Source: Promethearchaeota archaeon
GTDB lineage: Archaea > Asgardarchaeota > Lokiarchaeia > Sigyniarchaeales > SOKP01
NCBI GenBank assembly: GCA_016839555.1
Contig: JAEOUA010000006.1
Location: 224,001-288,000, forward strand
Direction: 5' to 3'
DNA length: 64,000 nt
In this document: positions 9,600 through 20,775 of the stretch, in pieces
Layout of the letters: the number at the start of each line of letters is the position of its first letter
How positions within the stretch are numbered: position 1 is the stretch's first letter
Made by a program: the position numbers and the translations under genes
Notes under the pieces: generated by a model
Databases searched by the model: none
What the model was told of the DNA's origin: nothing
Seen by the model: only the letters and a program-made list of their open reading frames with translations

Positions 9600-11213
9600 T
9601 TACCATATAAAAAATCCAAATAATTGCATCAATATACTTTGAGCAAACACCACGATGAGTAAAATATATTTTTCTCGCCGAGAGATTCTTTTCTCATTTA
9701 GAAATGCCGCTATAGGCAAAAGCAAGAAAATATAAATAAACATAGCACCCCTTGCTGTTTCTCCGTGATCATATGCACCCGTTAGGAAAATGAACACAAT
9801 TGAAATGATTGCTGAGAGTGCAAACATATATATTGTAGAGGAGGTATCATTATTAGCCCTATTACTTCTTAACACGCGTAGACCATAATACATAAGAACA
9901 ATTAAGACAGGTCCAGAGAAAATAAGAATATCTAATATGTTTGAAGCTCTTGTAATTATATAGCTTAATGGAGAGGCGAATGCGAAGCCTTGACTTTCAG
10001 AGGAGGATGTAATGAGAAAATTTTCGAGATAATTAAACCCAGATATGAGAAAAAATAATGTATAAATCAATAAAATGCTTGTACAAATGATAAACAATTT
10101 TGTGCAATTTATTATGTAGGTGATGAATTTATCCTTTCTTTTCATGGTCTTATTAGACTTATTAGTGAAATATGATTTAAGAATTTCAAAAATAAAAAGA
10201 CAAATAAGGATAAAGCCCGCCATAAATGATACAAAGCTTGCTAGAAACCCGCATATCACACACCCTATTATACTTATTTTTGCATTTAGATTGATGTAGA
10301 AATAAAACACACCCAGAATTAAGGTAGTTATAATAGCATAGATGTTTGCTAAATAATATATTTGAATAGCGGGTAATAATAAATAGAGAAATGCCATATA
10401 ATGGGATAATTCTTTGTTAAAAAAACGTTTAAAAATTCCATTAAGAAAATATATCGAAAAAGTAGATGATATAACACATATAGCTATAGCAATAAGCCCA
10501 GGGTCTTTAAAGATTAGATATAGTAAATATATTATACTTACTGCTCCCGGAGGATGAGTCCGCGTATGAGTCCCAAGTGTGGTTTGTATATCATTATAAT
10601 CGCTGATAAATTGAAATACATTCTCTATATTAAGCGCATCATTATATAGTCCACCCATTTCTCCTATTGATCCAGATATCCCAGCAGACCAGCCATTTAT
10701 TAAATTCGAGCAAATAATAAGAATAATCCCTGAAATAGTGATAATCCATAGTTTGTTATATTTTTCATCTTTATAAATAAAATATGTGATTAAAAAGAAT
10801 AGAACCCCTGTTCCCATAAATACACTGAATTGAAGGATGTTTGGTATAGAAAAATATCCCCATATAGGCCAGATCCTAAAATTGGTGGGCATTGGAAATC
10901 TTCTTCCTATCGGGGGTACTCTAGCTAATTGATTATTTGGGGGTACTGGTATAGTTAATTAAATTCCCAGAGGGAGCTTGGCTCTCATTTGATTTGCCAC
11001 ATTCACTCCAGCAAGAGGCACATTAAAAAGTACTGCAAGAAAATAGAAAAAACATATGAATCCAATGAGAGCAAATATAGCTAAAATGTAATTAAATATA
11101 TTTTCAGAGCCGAAAAGCTTCATTAAATCTTCCGAATTAGAGTTATTAATATCTAAAATTTTAGATTTTTTATTATAATTTGTTTTATTTTCCATTTCTT
11201 TCAATTCATTCAT
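9600..11213 (-). pseudogene. GT-C fold membrane glycosyltransferase interrupted by one in-frame TAA (10959-10961)
   Basis: ORFs 10959..11213 and 9600..10892 are in the same frame, and the gap reads *LTIPVPPNNQLARVPPIGRRFP with no further stop. THPPG motif and 11+ TM helices. Confidence 0.65.
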
Positions 11214-11318
11214 CTTTTATACTCCATCTAAATAATCATAAAATGTTTATTCTAATTATTAACCAATTCCAAATTAAATATTAAAAAAAATATAAAAAAT
11301 AAAAAAACATAATAAAAT

Positions 11319-12299
11319 TTAAGATTCCATTCGTTCGAGCGATTCTTTGAACTTCTTGTTTCTTTTTACCCTCTTGATAATGATATACGATACGACTGCC
11401 ACTATAGCGATAATAATGATTCCTAAGATGAGCCAGACTATCCAGCGCATATTACTATAATCAGTGGTAATTCCATAGAAAGGCATATTATTTTCATCCA
11501 AGAAGATAATATAAGAGCTTAATCCCATCTCATCAAAACCTATCCTAACGGTATAGTTTGAAACCCCTTCCAAATCCAGAATGAGCTCATTATTTCCCAT
11601 CCTTACATCCTCATCATTGAAAAGATCTACAAGAATATATAAATAAAAATTAGCCGGAGTCGCGACCGCGCTTTGATTGACAAAGAAATGAAATAAAAAT
11701 TCTTCGGCAGTAAAGTTAGAGAGTTGGGGCGTATAAGGATTGGTGTCATTGTTAACATGCTCGACATAGGAATTATAATCATCGAAAAATTTTTTTAAAT
11801 ACTGAGGATATTGGAAGACATAAAAGACTTGTGGTCTGCTTGTATCATCTTCAAATGCAGGGGTAGTATATATTTGATTTACCACATACAAGCCAAAATA
11901 ATTCTTATCAATATATGTCTTATTAAATTGGCTATTTAAGATTCCTAATTGCTTTCTTGGAATTAAGAAATAGGTAAATATTTCTGATGCATTCCAAATA
12001 TCATTGCTCCAGCTCCTTATTACAAATTCACCTGAGAGGCCGGGAAGTATTGAATAGTCTCCAAAATAGTTGTTTGGGAGATATGAACTGCTTACTGTAG
12101 AGTTCCATGAATTATAATTGAATAGAGCGATTTTCTTTTCCACGCTAGTCTTTTCAAGGTTGCTTTCCGGTGTTAAAGTTATAGGTTGCCCCATACCAGG
12201 ACGAGGACCGCTTATTGAAAAGATAATCCCTGGAAGGAAAAAAAGCCCTATTAAAACGACAACTACAACAATTATTATGATCTTCTTCTTTTTTTCCAT
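11319..12299 (-). CDS. membrane-anchored extracellular protein (N- and C-terminal TM), last gene of the ABC operon
   Basis: Hydrophobic N-terminus, polar N/S/Y-rich core, C-terminal TM followed by a KRVKR tail. Confidence 0.7.
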   Translation of the reverse strand: MEKKKKIIIIVVVVVLIGLFFLPGIIFSISGPRPGMGQPITLTPESNLEKTSVEKKIALFNYNSWNSTVSSSYLPNNYFGDYSILPGLSGEFVIRSWSNDIWNASEIFTYFLIPRKQLGILNSQFNKTYIDKNYFGLYVVNQIYTTPAFEDDTSRPQVFYVFQYPQYLKKFFDDYNSYVEHVNNDTNPYTPQLSNFTAEEFLFHFFVNQSAVATPANFYLYILVDLFNDEDVRMGNNELILDLEGVSNYTVRIGFDEMGLSSYIIFLDENNMPFYGITTDYSNMRWIVWLILGIIIIAIVAVVSYIIIKRVKRNKKFKESLERMES

Positions 12300-12335
12300 A
12301 TTTTTACCTCGTCAACTTTTTTTTAAGTTTTAATT

Positions 12336-13187
12336 TCATAATTGTTTCCTCTTGAAAATTATTGCTGCTAAAGTGAAAGAGACTCCCGCATAGATCAGCA
12401 TAATTAATATCCCCGCTAAAATCGTAGGTGTTTGCCATGTCCTCATAGCAAACCTTCCAAATGATATCTCAGTAAATCTTTCTTCAACTGTGGTAGGGAA
12501 GTCTTCATAAATAATCGAACCCATTAATCTGCCAGCATAATCTAATGAGTAAAGAGGTTCTATTTCCGGAGAGAGTAGCGTTAAGAGCTGTGTAACTATA
12601 CTAAAACCCACAAGCAAAACCAATATAGAGGATATAATCGTTATATTTACTGTTTTCATAACAGAGCTAAATAAAACAACCACACAACTTACAGAAAAGA
12701 TAAATAACAAAGCAATTCCGAAGGAATAAAAAATGGTAATAGGGATGGGGCCTCCATAATAGTAAAAACCAGCTAATATTGCTATAAAATAAAAAATTGC
12801 CGATAATCCAATCATTAAAGTATAATTCGCAAAATATTTTCCAATAATCAATTTATACCTATTTATTTTCGGAAACATGATATATCCCGTTTCATTATCA
12901 TATTCTGAGCAAATAATACCAGAGAATAAAAGACATATGGCGAAAATGAGCATATAAGAAAAAATACTGACTGGACCTCCTCCAATACTGTTATTCAAAT
13001 ATTCAATGAGATTTTCTGGAAGTGGATTTCCAGAAACTAAAGAGTTTGGTAATACGCATGATATTAAACCTACAGCAACCATGACTATTGCGAAAAATAC
13101 GAACTTTTTCCATTGTTTCTTTAATATGAAAAAATATGTATAAGAAATGGGACGGAGTTCCCGTGACAAATAACTTAATGTTTTCAT
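12336..13187 (-). CDS. ABC-2 type exporter permease
   Basis: Six TM helices; SEYDNETG...INRYKLIIGKY motif; coupled to the ATPase gene. Confidence 0.88.
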   Translation of the reverse strand: MKTLSYLSRELRPISYTYFFILKKQWKKFVFFAIVMVAVGLISCVLPNSLVSGNPLPENLIEYLNNSIGGGPVSIFSYMLIFAICLLFSGIICSEYDNETGYIMFPKINRYKLIIGKYFANYTLMIGLSAIFYFIAILAGFYYYGGPIPITIFYSFGIALLFIFSVSCVVVLFSSVMKTVNITIISSILVLLVGFSIVTQLLTLLSPEIEPLYSLDYAGRLMGSIIYEDFPTTVEERFTEISFGRFAMRTWQTPTILAGILIMLIYAGVSFTLAAIIFKRKQL

Positions 13188-14239
13188 TATATTACCCTCC
13201 CTTCTTCTATTTGAGATCGAGTAGGCTCTTTTTGGATTAATTCTTCATATATTCTTTCTAATTGAGCTGTTCTAGGTTGAGAGAATGATGTAACTTTAAA
13301 ATCAGATTGGAATTCTTGTAATAAAATTTTTAGTATTTCCGCTTTCGACTCATTTTTGCCGTCAAAATAGATTCTAAATTCTTTAGTTAGTGGATAATAA
13401 TTTATAGATTGTTTAGATATATTAGGATCTAAACTTTTAACCAAATAGGGATTTAATTTCTGGATCATCTTATTTTGTATTTCTGGTAAATCTGCCTCCT
13501 TTATCTCATTAAGAATGTTTACAATTACTTCATTTGTTCTCAGATTTACTCCTAAATTTTCAATCGTATCAAATTTAATTATTTTGCCAAGATTAATCAA
13601 AGCAATCTTATTGCAAATTTCCGAAATTTCATGAAGAAGATGAGAAGCTAGAAAAATAGTTTTTCCTCTCGCTTGTAATAGTTTTAAGAACCTTCGAAGC
13701 TCGAGTCGAGCATTAGGATCTAAGCCCATTTGTGGTTCATCCAGAATAATAATCTCAGGATCATGGATTATTGCTTGAATAATTCCTAGTTTTTGATTCA
13801 TCCCTTTAGAGAACTTATCAACTCTGGTATATTTCCATTGGTATAGATTAAAAAGTTTAAGCAATTCATCTATGCGATCATCTATTTTATTCCTTGGATA
13901 ATCAGTAAGTTTCGCAAAATACTTCAATAAATCATATGCTGTCATTTTATAAAAGGAGGGGATATCGATTAGAAAGCCCTGAGGTATTAAGTGTCGTGAA
14001 TTTTTCACGAGATTTTGAAGATTCCCCTTCTGATTTTTTATTAGAATTTCCCCTTTATCCGGTTTTAGGATATTTGCGATCATTTTTATGGTTGTTGTTT
14101 TTCCGGCTCCATTTGGACCAACCAATCCGATGAGCTCACCTTTTTGAACTTCCAGATTTATATTATCCACTGCTTTTAGTTTTCCATAGCTTTTACTTAA
14201 ATTAACCAGTTTCAAAATAGTTTCAGATATTGTTTTCAC
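13187..14239 (-). CDS. ABC transporter ATP-binding protein
   Basis: GPNGAGKTT, FSKGMNQK, ILDEP, SH motifs. Confidence 0.95.
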   Translation of the reverse strand: MKTISETILKLVNLSKSYGKLKAVDNINLEVQKGELIGLVGPNGAGKTTTIKMIANILKPDKGEILIKNQKGNLQNLVKNSRHLIPQGFLIDIPSFYKMTAYDLLKYFAKLTDYPRNKIDDRIDELLKLFNLYQWKYTRVDKFSKGMNQKLGIIQAIIHDPEIIILDEPQMGLDPNARLELRRFLKLLQARGKTIFLASHLLHEISEICNKIALINLGKIIKFDTIENLGVNLRTNEVIVNILNEIKEADLPEIQNKMIQKLNPYLVKSLDPNISKQSINYYPLTKEFRIYFDGKNESKAEILKILLQEFQSDFKVTSFSQPRTAQLERIYEELIQKEPTRSQIEEGRVI

Positions 14240-14563
14240 CTTTTTTCATAATCTCTTTCGAGTTTTTTAGTAGTTTTTATTTGATTTTTTTTAAAGTATA
14301 ATTATTTGAAGGATAAGTGCTTGTTTTTTAATAGATAATTTAGACCTTTTTCAAATAATTTTTTAGAGATTATTCTAATTTAAAAGGTAAAAATTATTAT
14401 AGATACTTAAATGCTTTCGCACCAATCTTCCAATAAAAGGTTGTTATCAGACCATTGGTATGAAATATTTTAAGAATAATTATAAATAATTATATTAGGA
14501 TAGCATTAATACAATGGCTTTAGCAGAGTGAACCTAATATAACTTCATCATTCCCTTTAAGAT

Positions 14564-14881
14564 TTGATTACAATGGATAAGAAAAAATATAGAACTGCAA
14601 ATATCATTATTCAGACCATTTTAGAGGGAATTATAAGAGCAGAGCGAAACAGAGCAAATGAAAAAAAGGGAATTGTGAAATCTCATCTCATTGATTATTG
14701 TAAATTAAAAACTTCAACCGCAGAGAAATATTTATCAAAATTAATAAATGCGGGATATATTGATTCTTATGAGGAACCATGGGGTGAGAGAACTATTAAT
14801 ATTTATAAAACGACAGAAAAAGGCAGAGAACGATATGAATGGTTTGTAAAGATTAATACAGAGATGGGGGAAACAATTTAA
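14564..14881 (+). CDS. winged-HTH transcription regulator (archaeal HTH_45/DUF4364-like)
   Basis: KSHLIDYCKLKTSTAEKYLSKLINAGYI...YKTTEKG. Confidence 0.75.
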   Translation: MITMDKKKYRTANIIIQTILEGIIRAERNRANEKKGIVKSHLIDYCKLKTSTAEKYLSKLINAGYIDSYEEPWGERTINIYKTTEKGRERYEWFVKINTEMGETI

Positions 14882-14916
14882 TGAATGAATATAAAAAAAT
14901 AAAAATATAAGTTAGA

Positions 14917-15630
14917 ATGAAATTGACTGAAAAAGAAAAAAATAATAAAAATAATCTAGAAAAAAAATCTTCGTGGTACTTAAAATTAGAAGAAAGTGGA
15001 ATAAATTATATCAATAAATATAAATATTATTTGATTTTAAGCGCTTTACTTCCAATATTTCTTATTATTATTCAAATAATCAATACCTCTTTCATTGCAT
15101 TAGTAGAAAAGGATATACCGCTAATAGGCTTCAAGTATTTGATAGGATTTGAAATATTTGCTCCAAGATTTAAACTGATGACTATATCAGTGATTGGTTT
15201 GGTTAAATTTATTTACCTATTTAACTGGAATAGAAAGCTTATTGATTATCGAGAACAATATAAAAATTTCATGAAAAATAACAATTCCGTGAAGGAGGAA
15301 CCCCTCCCAAAAGAAAGTTTTCCTCTTACCAGATTATTTTATGAGATTATCTCACAAATGAAGATTTCCAAGGTAATCTTCATTCTTATTAATGTAATTT
15401 GCTTTGTCTATTTTTTCTGGAATTTTGTATTTTTCTTAGTATCTCCTCCCATCCCTCAACCATTATTTCCATTATTTCGTATAATTGGATTATTTAATTT
15501 TATCTCTCAGTTGATTTTGATTGCTTATTTAATTTTTGAATGGAGACACTTTTATCGTTGGAATAAAAAATTAAAGAAACTATCTAATTTTGAGAAAAAA
15601 ATATATTCCGAATTATTTCAATCTGAATAA
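14917..15630 (+). CDS. 4-TM membrane protein
   Basis: Two TM hairpins separated by a charged loop; C-terminal RWNKKLKKL..EKKI helix. Confidence 0.7.
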   Translation: MKLTEKEKNNKNNLEKKSSWYLKLEESGINYINKYKYYLILSALLPIFLIIIQIINTSFIALVEKDIPLIGFKYLIGFEIFAPRFKLMTISVIGLVKFIYLFNWNRKLIDYREQYKNFMKNNNSVKEEPLPKESFPLTRLFYEIISQMKISKVIFILINVICFVYFFWNFVFFLVSPPIPQPLFPLFRIIGLFNFISQLILIAYLIFEWRHFYRWNKKLKKLSNFEKKIYSELFQSE

Positions 15631-15759
15631 TATAAGAAATTTCTCAAATTATTTTTTCTAAGTAAAAATATTTTCAATTCTCTCTAATTACTCATAATTA
15701 GATATTTTAATTTTCAAGATTTATCTGTTTTAAAATTAATAAAAATTATATAAATTAAA

Positions 15760-16680
15760 GTGTTTTTTTTGAGTCATAATGAAAGAAAAGCTAAAGAAAT
15801 AGATAATGCAATAATTCATATTGATCTAGAGGGCTGCATTAAATGTAAAGCTTGTATAGATGTATGTCCAGCACGATTATATTATTTTAAATCGGATCAA
15901 TTGCAAATTTTGGATATATTTGAGGATACCTGTATTGAATGCGGGCATTGCACTGCTATATGCCCGGTGGAAGTTATTCACTTAAAAATTCATCAAGATA
16001 AACTATTAGAAAACGTTAAACCAAGAGAAAGTCTTCCCTCCTATGAAGAATTTTATAATCTATCATTTAATAGGAGATCTATAAGGCAATTCAAAGAAGA
16101 GCCTATTCCTAAAGATCTATTCGAAAAATTATTAAAAATCGTTAATTATTCACCTACTGCAAGTAATAGCGAGAATGTGTGTCTAACTATCATACAAGAT
16201 AAACAAAGAGTATCAAAAATTTCGGAAACTATTACCACTCAAATGAAAAATTTTATTACATTAGCCGAGACACCCCAAGGACAAAAGGCATTAGAAGAAA
16301 TGCTATCAAAACAAGTATATAAGACGGCAATGGAGCGTCTCCCACAAATTAAGGACATCCTTAAGATTATTAATCAAGGAGTAGATTTCTGGTGTTGGAA
16401 TGGTGAACTTATTATTTTGCATGGGGACATAGAAACAGATTTTATAAAAGAAAATTGTTCATTAGCTGCGGCCCATATAATGCTTGCTGCAGAATTATTG
16501 GATTTGGCTACTTGTTCCTTAGGTTTTCTTACTTATTTCTCTAATCAATTTCCACAAATTAAAAAATTATTAAAGGTCCCAAATAAAAATCATATTGGAT
16601 ATGCTCTCGCTATAGGATATCCTGATGTTGAGTATAAAAGGATTCCAGCGAGAAAACCACTAAAAATAGAATGGATTTGA
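15760..16680 (+). CDS. nitroreductase family protein with N-terminal 2x[4Fe-4S] ferredoxin domain
   Basis: CIKCKACIDVCP and CIECGHCTAICP; RRSIRQF, SPTASN, AIGYP. Confidence 0.92.
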   Translation: MFFLSHNERKAKEIDNAIIHIDLEGCIKCKACIDVCPARLYYFKSDQLQILDIFEDTCIECGHCTAICPVEVIHLKIHQDKLLENVKPRESLPSYEEFYNLSFNRRSIRQFKEEPIPKDLFEKLLKIVNYSPTASNSENVCLTIIQDKQRVSKISETITTQMKNFITLAETPQGQKALEEMLSKQVYKTAMERLPQIKDILKIINQGVDFWCWNGELIILHGDIETDFIKENCSLAAAHIMLAAELLDLATCSLGFLTYFSNQFPQIKKLLKVPNKNHIGYALAIGYPDVEYKRIPARKPLKIEWI

Positions 16681-16706
16681 TTTAACTTTAAGGTGATCCA
16701 AAAAAA

Positions 16707-16991
16707 ATGAAAGAGATAGTATTGAGAGATGAAAAATGGGGGGAAAATGAGCATCATATTTTAAAGGCAGTGTTAAAGGATAATGGTGAATTAGTGTTTG
16801 AGGGTATTGATATGGGAGATTCGGTTAAGGAAAGGTTTGATGATTTTGATTTTGAATACTGGCATACCATAGAAGAAAAATACATACACGATATTTTGTT
16901 ATTTCTCATTAAAGAGAAATTTAATAAAATCTCAGAAGTGTTAAAGTGGTTAAAAAGTAAAAATATTCCCTATACTTCTCAGAGTTTTTAG
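16707..16991 (+). CDS. hypothetical protein
   Basis: 94 aa acidic ORF with an AGGTGA RBS upstream. Confidence 0.6.
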   Translation: MKEIVLRDEKWGENEHHILKAVLKDNGELVFEGIDMGDSVKERFDDFDFEYWHTIEEKYIHDILLFLIKEKFNKISEVLKWLKSKNIPYTSQSF

Positions 16992-17015
16992 CGCATTTTT
17001 TTAAGAACTTTATAA

Positions 17016-18509
17016 TTATCTTTCTAATTTTTTACCCCTAATCATGCTAAATTCTACATTATCTCCCGTTTTTTCTCTCCATTTTTTTAGTCTGTTTTTC
17101 ATATCTTCGAGCATATCTTTATAATCATTTTTATTAATTAAATTTTGTAATTCCCAAGGATCATTTTTTAAATCATAGAGTTCATCCATATATCCTTCAT
17201 TATAGATATATTTATAGCGGTCAGTAATCACTAATCTTCCCACAATAGTAGTAAAATGGCCATGGGTTTCGACGAAAAGATCTTCCCTCCAGTCAATATC
17301 CGCTTTCGTACATAGGGGCAAAAGACTTTTGCCATCGATGGGGTTATCAAATGATGTTTCTGCAATATCTAAAAAAGTGGGTCCGTAATCTACATTGCTT
17401 ACTAAATTCTCGCAGGGTCCCGGCTCAAATAAATCGGGATATCTCATAGCTAAGGGAACTCGTATTAATTCTTGTGGCATATAAGCATCTTTATCAAAAT
17501 GTCCTCCATGACATGCAAGCGCATCGCCATGGTCAGCTGCCCATATGACAACTGTATTGTCTGTTAGTCCCAATTCATCTAATGTATTTAAAAGAATACC
17601 ACCTGCTTCATCAATTAAAGTTTGTTCAGCGTAATTTACTGCTAATACTTTTTGCCATTCTTCCCATGGTAAGGGATTTGGTAAAATAAGTTGTTTATCT
17701 TTACTTAAGAGATATCCATTTTGTTTTTTATAGAGTTCTGGCTTACTATCCAAATGATCTATAAAATTAGGGTGCTGAGGGATTTTTTCAGGATCATACA
17801 TATCTATATATTCTTGAGATGCAACATATGGCTCATGCGGACCCCAAAAATCAATACGCATATGAAATGGTTGCTTATTTCCCTCTTTTGCGATTTTTTT
17901 TAAAGTATCACACGCCATACTCACCAAAAAAAAAGCCTCATGAGTTTCTTTTGGCGTGGTCATTACAGAGGAGACATATTCTGAATACGCCGGAAATTTG
18001 AAAGAATAGAGATCTCCCTCTTTTATTCCGAGATTTCTCGAAATAGGGTCAATAAAATTCTTTTTAATACGAACTTGAATATATTCCAAATCATTTTCTT
18101 TTAAATACTTCTTATATTCGGGAGTGGTGTAGGGATTTCCATATCCAGGTACAGAAAACCCTTTACAATTGAAATCCAAAGCCGTACCTCTTCCCGCATG
18201 CCACTTACCAAAATAATAGTTTTCATAGCCTGCATGCGCTAATTTATCAAAATATAATTCATCTTTATAATCTTCATTTGACTCATTTTTTATTTCACCA
18301 TGATTATGCGGATAAAGCCCCGTTAAAAGGGTTCTTCGAGCAGGTCCACATAGGGGGGATGCAGTATAAGAATTGGTGAACTCAACCCCTTCTTTCGCTA
18401 CTCTCTCAAAGTTCGGTTTATGAATCTCTGGACCATGACCCATTTGCCCATGCCCATAATATGCCTTATGATCTTCAAAAAGTAGAATAATATTTGGTTT
18501 TTTGCTCAT
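17016..18509 (-). CDS. sulfatase (Cys-type, formylglycine-dependent)
   Basis: KPNII, CGPARRTLLTG (CxPxR), GKWH, PHEP, ADHG, ELYDLKNDPWE. Confidence 0.93.
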   Translation of the reverse strand: MSKKPNIILLFEDHKAYYGHGQMGHGPEIHKPNFERVAKEGVEFTNSYTASPLCGPARRTLLTGLYPHNHGEIKNESNEDYKDELYFDKLAHAGYENYYFGKWHAGRGTALDFNCKGFSVPGYGNPYTTPEYKKYLKENDLEYIQVRIKKNFIDPISRNLGIKEGDLYSFKFPAYSEYVSSVMTTPKETHEAFFLVSMACDTLKKIAKEGNKQPFHMRIDFWGPHEPYVASQEYIDMYDPEKIPQHPNFIDHLDSKPELYKKQNGYLLSKDKQLILPNPLPWEEWQKVLAVNYAEQTLIDEAGGILLNTLDELGLTDNTVVIWAADHGDALACHGGHFDKDAYMPQELIRVPLAMRYPDLFEPGPCENLVSNVDYGPTFLDIAETSFDNPIDGKSLLPLCTKADIDWREDLFVETHGHFTTIVGRLVITDRYKYIYNEGYMDELYDLKNDPWELQNLINKNDYKDMLEDMKNRLKKWREKTGDNVEFSMIRGKKLER

Positions 18510-18867
18510 ATTACTTAATTTAATTTTAAAAAATTATATAGTTTTTTTATTATATTCCTATAGTGAATAAAAAAGTATTAAGGTTTTTAAAAAGAGATTA
18601 AATTATACACTAACTCTCATCAGTTTTATAATCAATAGGTACTTGGATTTCAGTTATTTATTCTTCTTGCTTTTTTTCTCTAAGATTAGTTAAAAAAATA
18701 AAGTTTTTTAAAATAAAGAAAATAATAGGATTATAGTTTAAAATTCTTATTTATATATTTTTTAATTATATAAAATATATTTTCAATTTTAATATCATAT
18801 CTTATCAACAGATTTAGTAAAAAATTTGTATTAACCTTCCTTAAAAGGTATAAGAATATAGAAATAC

Positions 18868-19449
18868 TTGAAGAGTATGGATGAATTAATAAAAATATTA
18901 CGAAATTCGATTGAAGGGGAAAAAGTAGCAAATTTTAAATATGAATTATTTTCAGAACAAGCACTAAAAGAAAATTTGCCAGTGATTGCGTATGTATTTA
19001 AGGTAGTAGCATATGCAGAAACCATCCATTTAAGGATTCATATGGATTCCCTTGAACGAATTAAAGAAGATTCTTCGGCAATCGAAAAACAAATACAAAT
19101 AAATAAAGTAGAATTGAAAAATCAAGTCAATAGGACAATAGTAAACTTATTAAATTCTCGAGTAAGTGAAACTTTTGAATTTTTAGATAAATACAGGAAT
19201 TTTGCGTTAATAGCAAAAAAATACCAGGAACCGATAATCGAAAAGAATTTTTCAAACGTAAAACGAGCAGAACGTTCTCATGCTGAATTATTTCAAGATT
19301 ATTTGATTTTTCTGGATGATAATAAAGAAATCGAATTTAAAAAACTCTATGTTTGCGAGAAATGTGGGACTGTTAGAACCGAAATTCCATCAGAAAGATG
19401 TCCAGGTTGTGAAAATCTTTCTAATTTCTTTATTGAAATACATAAATAG
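18868..19449 (+). CDS. rubrerythrin
   Basis: GE...AETIH and E...AERSH di-iron motifs; C-terminal CEKC...CPGC rubredoxin domain. Confidence 0.85.
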   Translation: MKSMDELIKILRNSIEGEKVANFKYELFSEQALKENLPVIAYVFKVVAYAETIHLRIHMDSLERIKEDSSAIEKQIQINKVELKNQVNRTIVNLLNSRVSETFEFLDKYRNFALIAKKYQEPIIEKNFSNVKRAERSHAELFQDYLIFLDDNKEIEFKKLYVCEKCGTVRTEIPSERCPGCENLSNFFIEIHK

Positions 19450-19613
19450 CTCATTATTTATACGCTCTTTCTATCGTAACATATCAGAATTTAGGACCAT
19501 TTTATCGAGATTAATAAAATATTATTTCAAGATATAAAAAATATAATAAACATATTTTATTTGAGCTTTTATTATCAAATTGTAATTTATCCCAATATAT
19601 AGGAGTTTAATAG

Positions 19614-20075
19614 ATGTTGGAATTAAATCAAGAGAAAATTCATGTAAAATCTAAGCCAGAATTAGAAAAAAAGGAGTCATTTATTCCCAGAATGTATAGC
19701 CTCACTCATTCTGATATCACTGGTGATTTATTCCTAACGGTTGATATGGAGTATGAGGAGGAGGAGCTTTCCAATTTTTATACTAAAATAATGCGTGATG
19801 AAGTGCTAGCACAATGGCAGATCAACAATGGAGTAGATGAATTTCATATATATGTTCATGTAAGTGGAGGATTCGTCATTAGATGGGCGGGAATGAGAGA
19901 TAGAATCCTCCGGCATTATTTACCTCATACAATAAGAGTTATGAGATATGGTGATGCTCAATTGTTTGATACATTTCCTTTTTTGGATGACGCACCTATC
20001 TTCGTTCATTTTAAATCAAATAAAAAAAAATATAATAAAGTTGAGAAATACGGGATATTTAAAGACTATACCTAA
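19614..20075 (+). CDS. staygreen-family protein (metal-dechelatase homolog)
   Basis: PRMYSLTHSDITGDLFLTV, RDEVLAQW, HIYVHVSG, YGD. Confidence 0.88.
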   Translation: MLELNQEKIHVKSKPELEKKESFIPRMYSLTHSDITGDLFLTVDMEYEEEELSNFYTKIMRDEVLAQWQINNGVDEFHIYVHVSGGFVIRWAGMRDRILRHYLPHTIRVMRYGDAQLFDTFPFLDDAPIFVHFKSNKKKYNKVEKYGIFKDYT

Positions 20076-20154
20076 TTTAGATTAGTTTATAGCGAATAAC
20101 AGGTTTCATATAATTCTATTTGTATTTAAAAAATATTACAAAAGGTACATAAAA

Positions 20155-20613
20155 ATGATTCATGAAGAGAATACAAAAGTAAGTATTAAATTAGATAAGG
20201 ATCTGATATTTAAGTCCAAATTTGATTTTGAGAAAACAAATGAAATTTTTATCGACGAAACTTTAGAAAAATCGGGACAATTGATTGGTCCTGATGCTGC
20301 AAGCTTATTAGGAATGGCGATTATAAGTTGCTTGAGTGCAAGTTTTTTATTTTGCTTGTATAAGCGAGATCTCTCTCTCGACGATTTAGAAGCGCATGCA
20401 GATATTTCATTTTTTAAAAATGATAAGGGATATACTAGAATACATCAAATTAATGTGAAAATCATTCCAAAAACAGATAATCCTAATGTATTAAAGCGAA
20501 TAAAACAATGTACACGAGAAATGCGAAGCGGAGATATGTTTTTTGAAGAAACATGCATAATTACCCCCTCAGTAAAAGAAGGCATTATGATTAATGTCAA
20601 TGTGGATATTTAA
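20155..20613 (+). CDS. OsmC-family protein
   Basis: GPDAASLLGMAIISCLSAS and FEETCIITPSVKEG. Confidence 0.8.
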   Translation: MIHEENTKVSIKLDKDLIFKSKFDFEKTNEIFIDETLEKSGQLIGPDAASLLGMAIISCLSASFLFCLYKRDLSLDDLEAHADISFFKNDKGYTRIHQINVKIIPKTDNPNVLKRIKQCTREMRSGDMFFEETCIITPSVKEGIMINVNVDI

Positions 20614-20775
20614 CCTTATTATATTTCCGGTAGAAAATATTATTAAGGGCTTATTGCAGAAATTAATTAATAAATTCATTAAAATGAGGATTATAAGTCC
20701 CTAGCCATTATTTATCCTTACATACTTAAATAGGATTATGCCCTTGTATTATTTAATACCTTTTGAGGTAATATT

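Noticed and set aside
10959-10961. Selenocysteine/pyrrolysine recoding of the internal stop
   Set aside because: The codon is TAA, not TGA or TAG.
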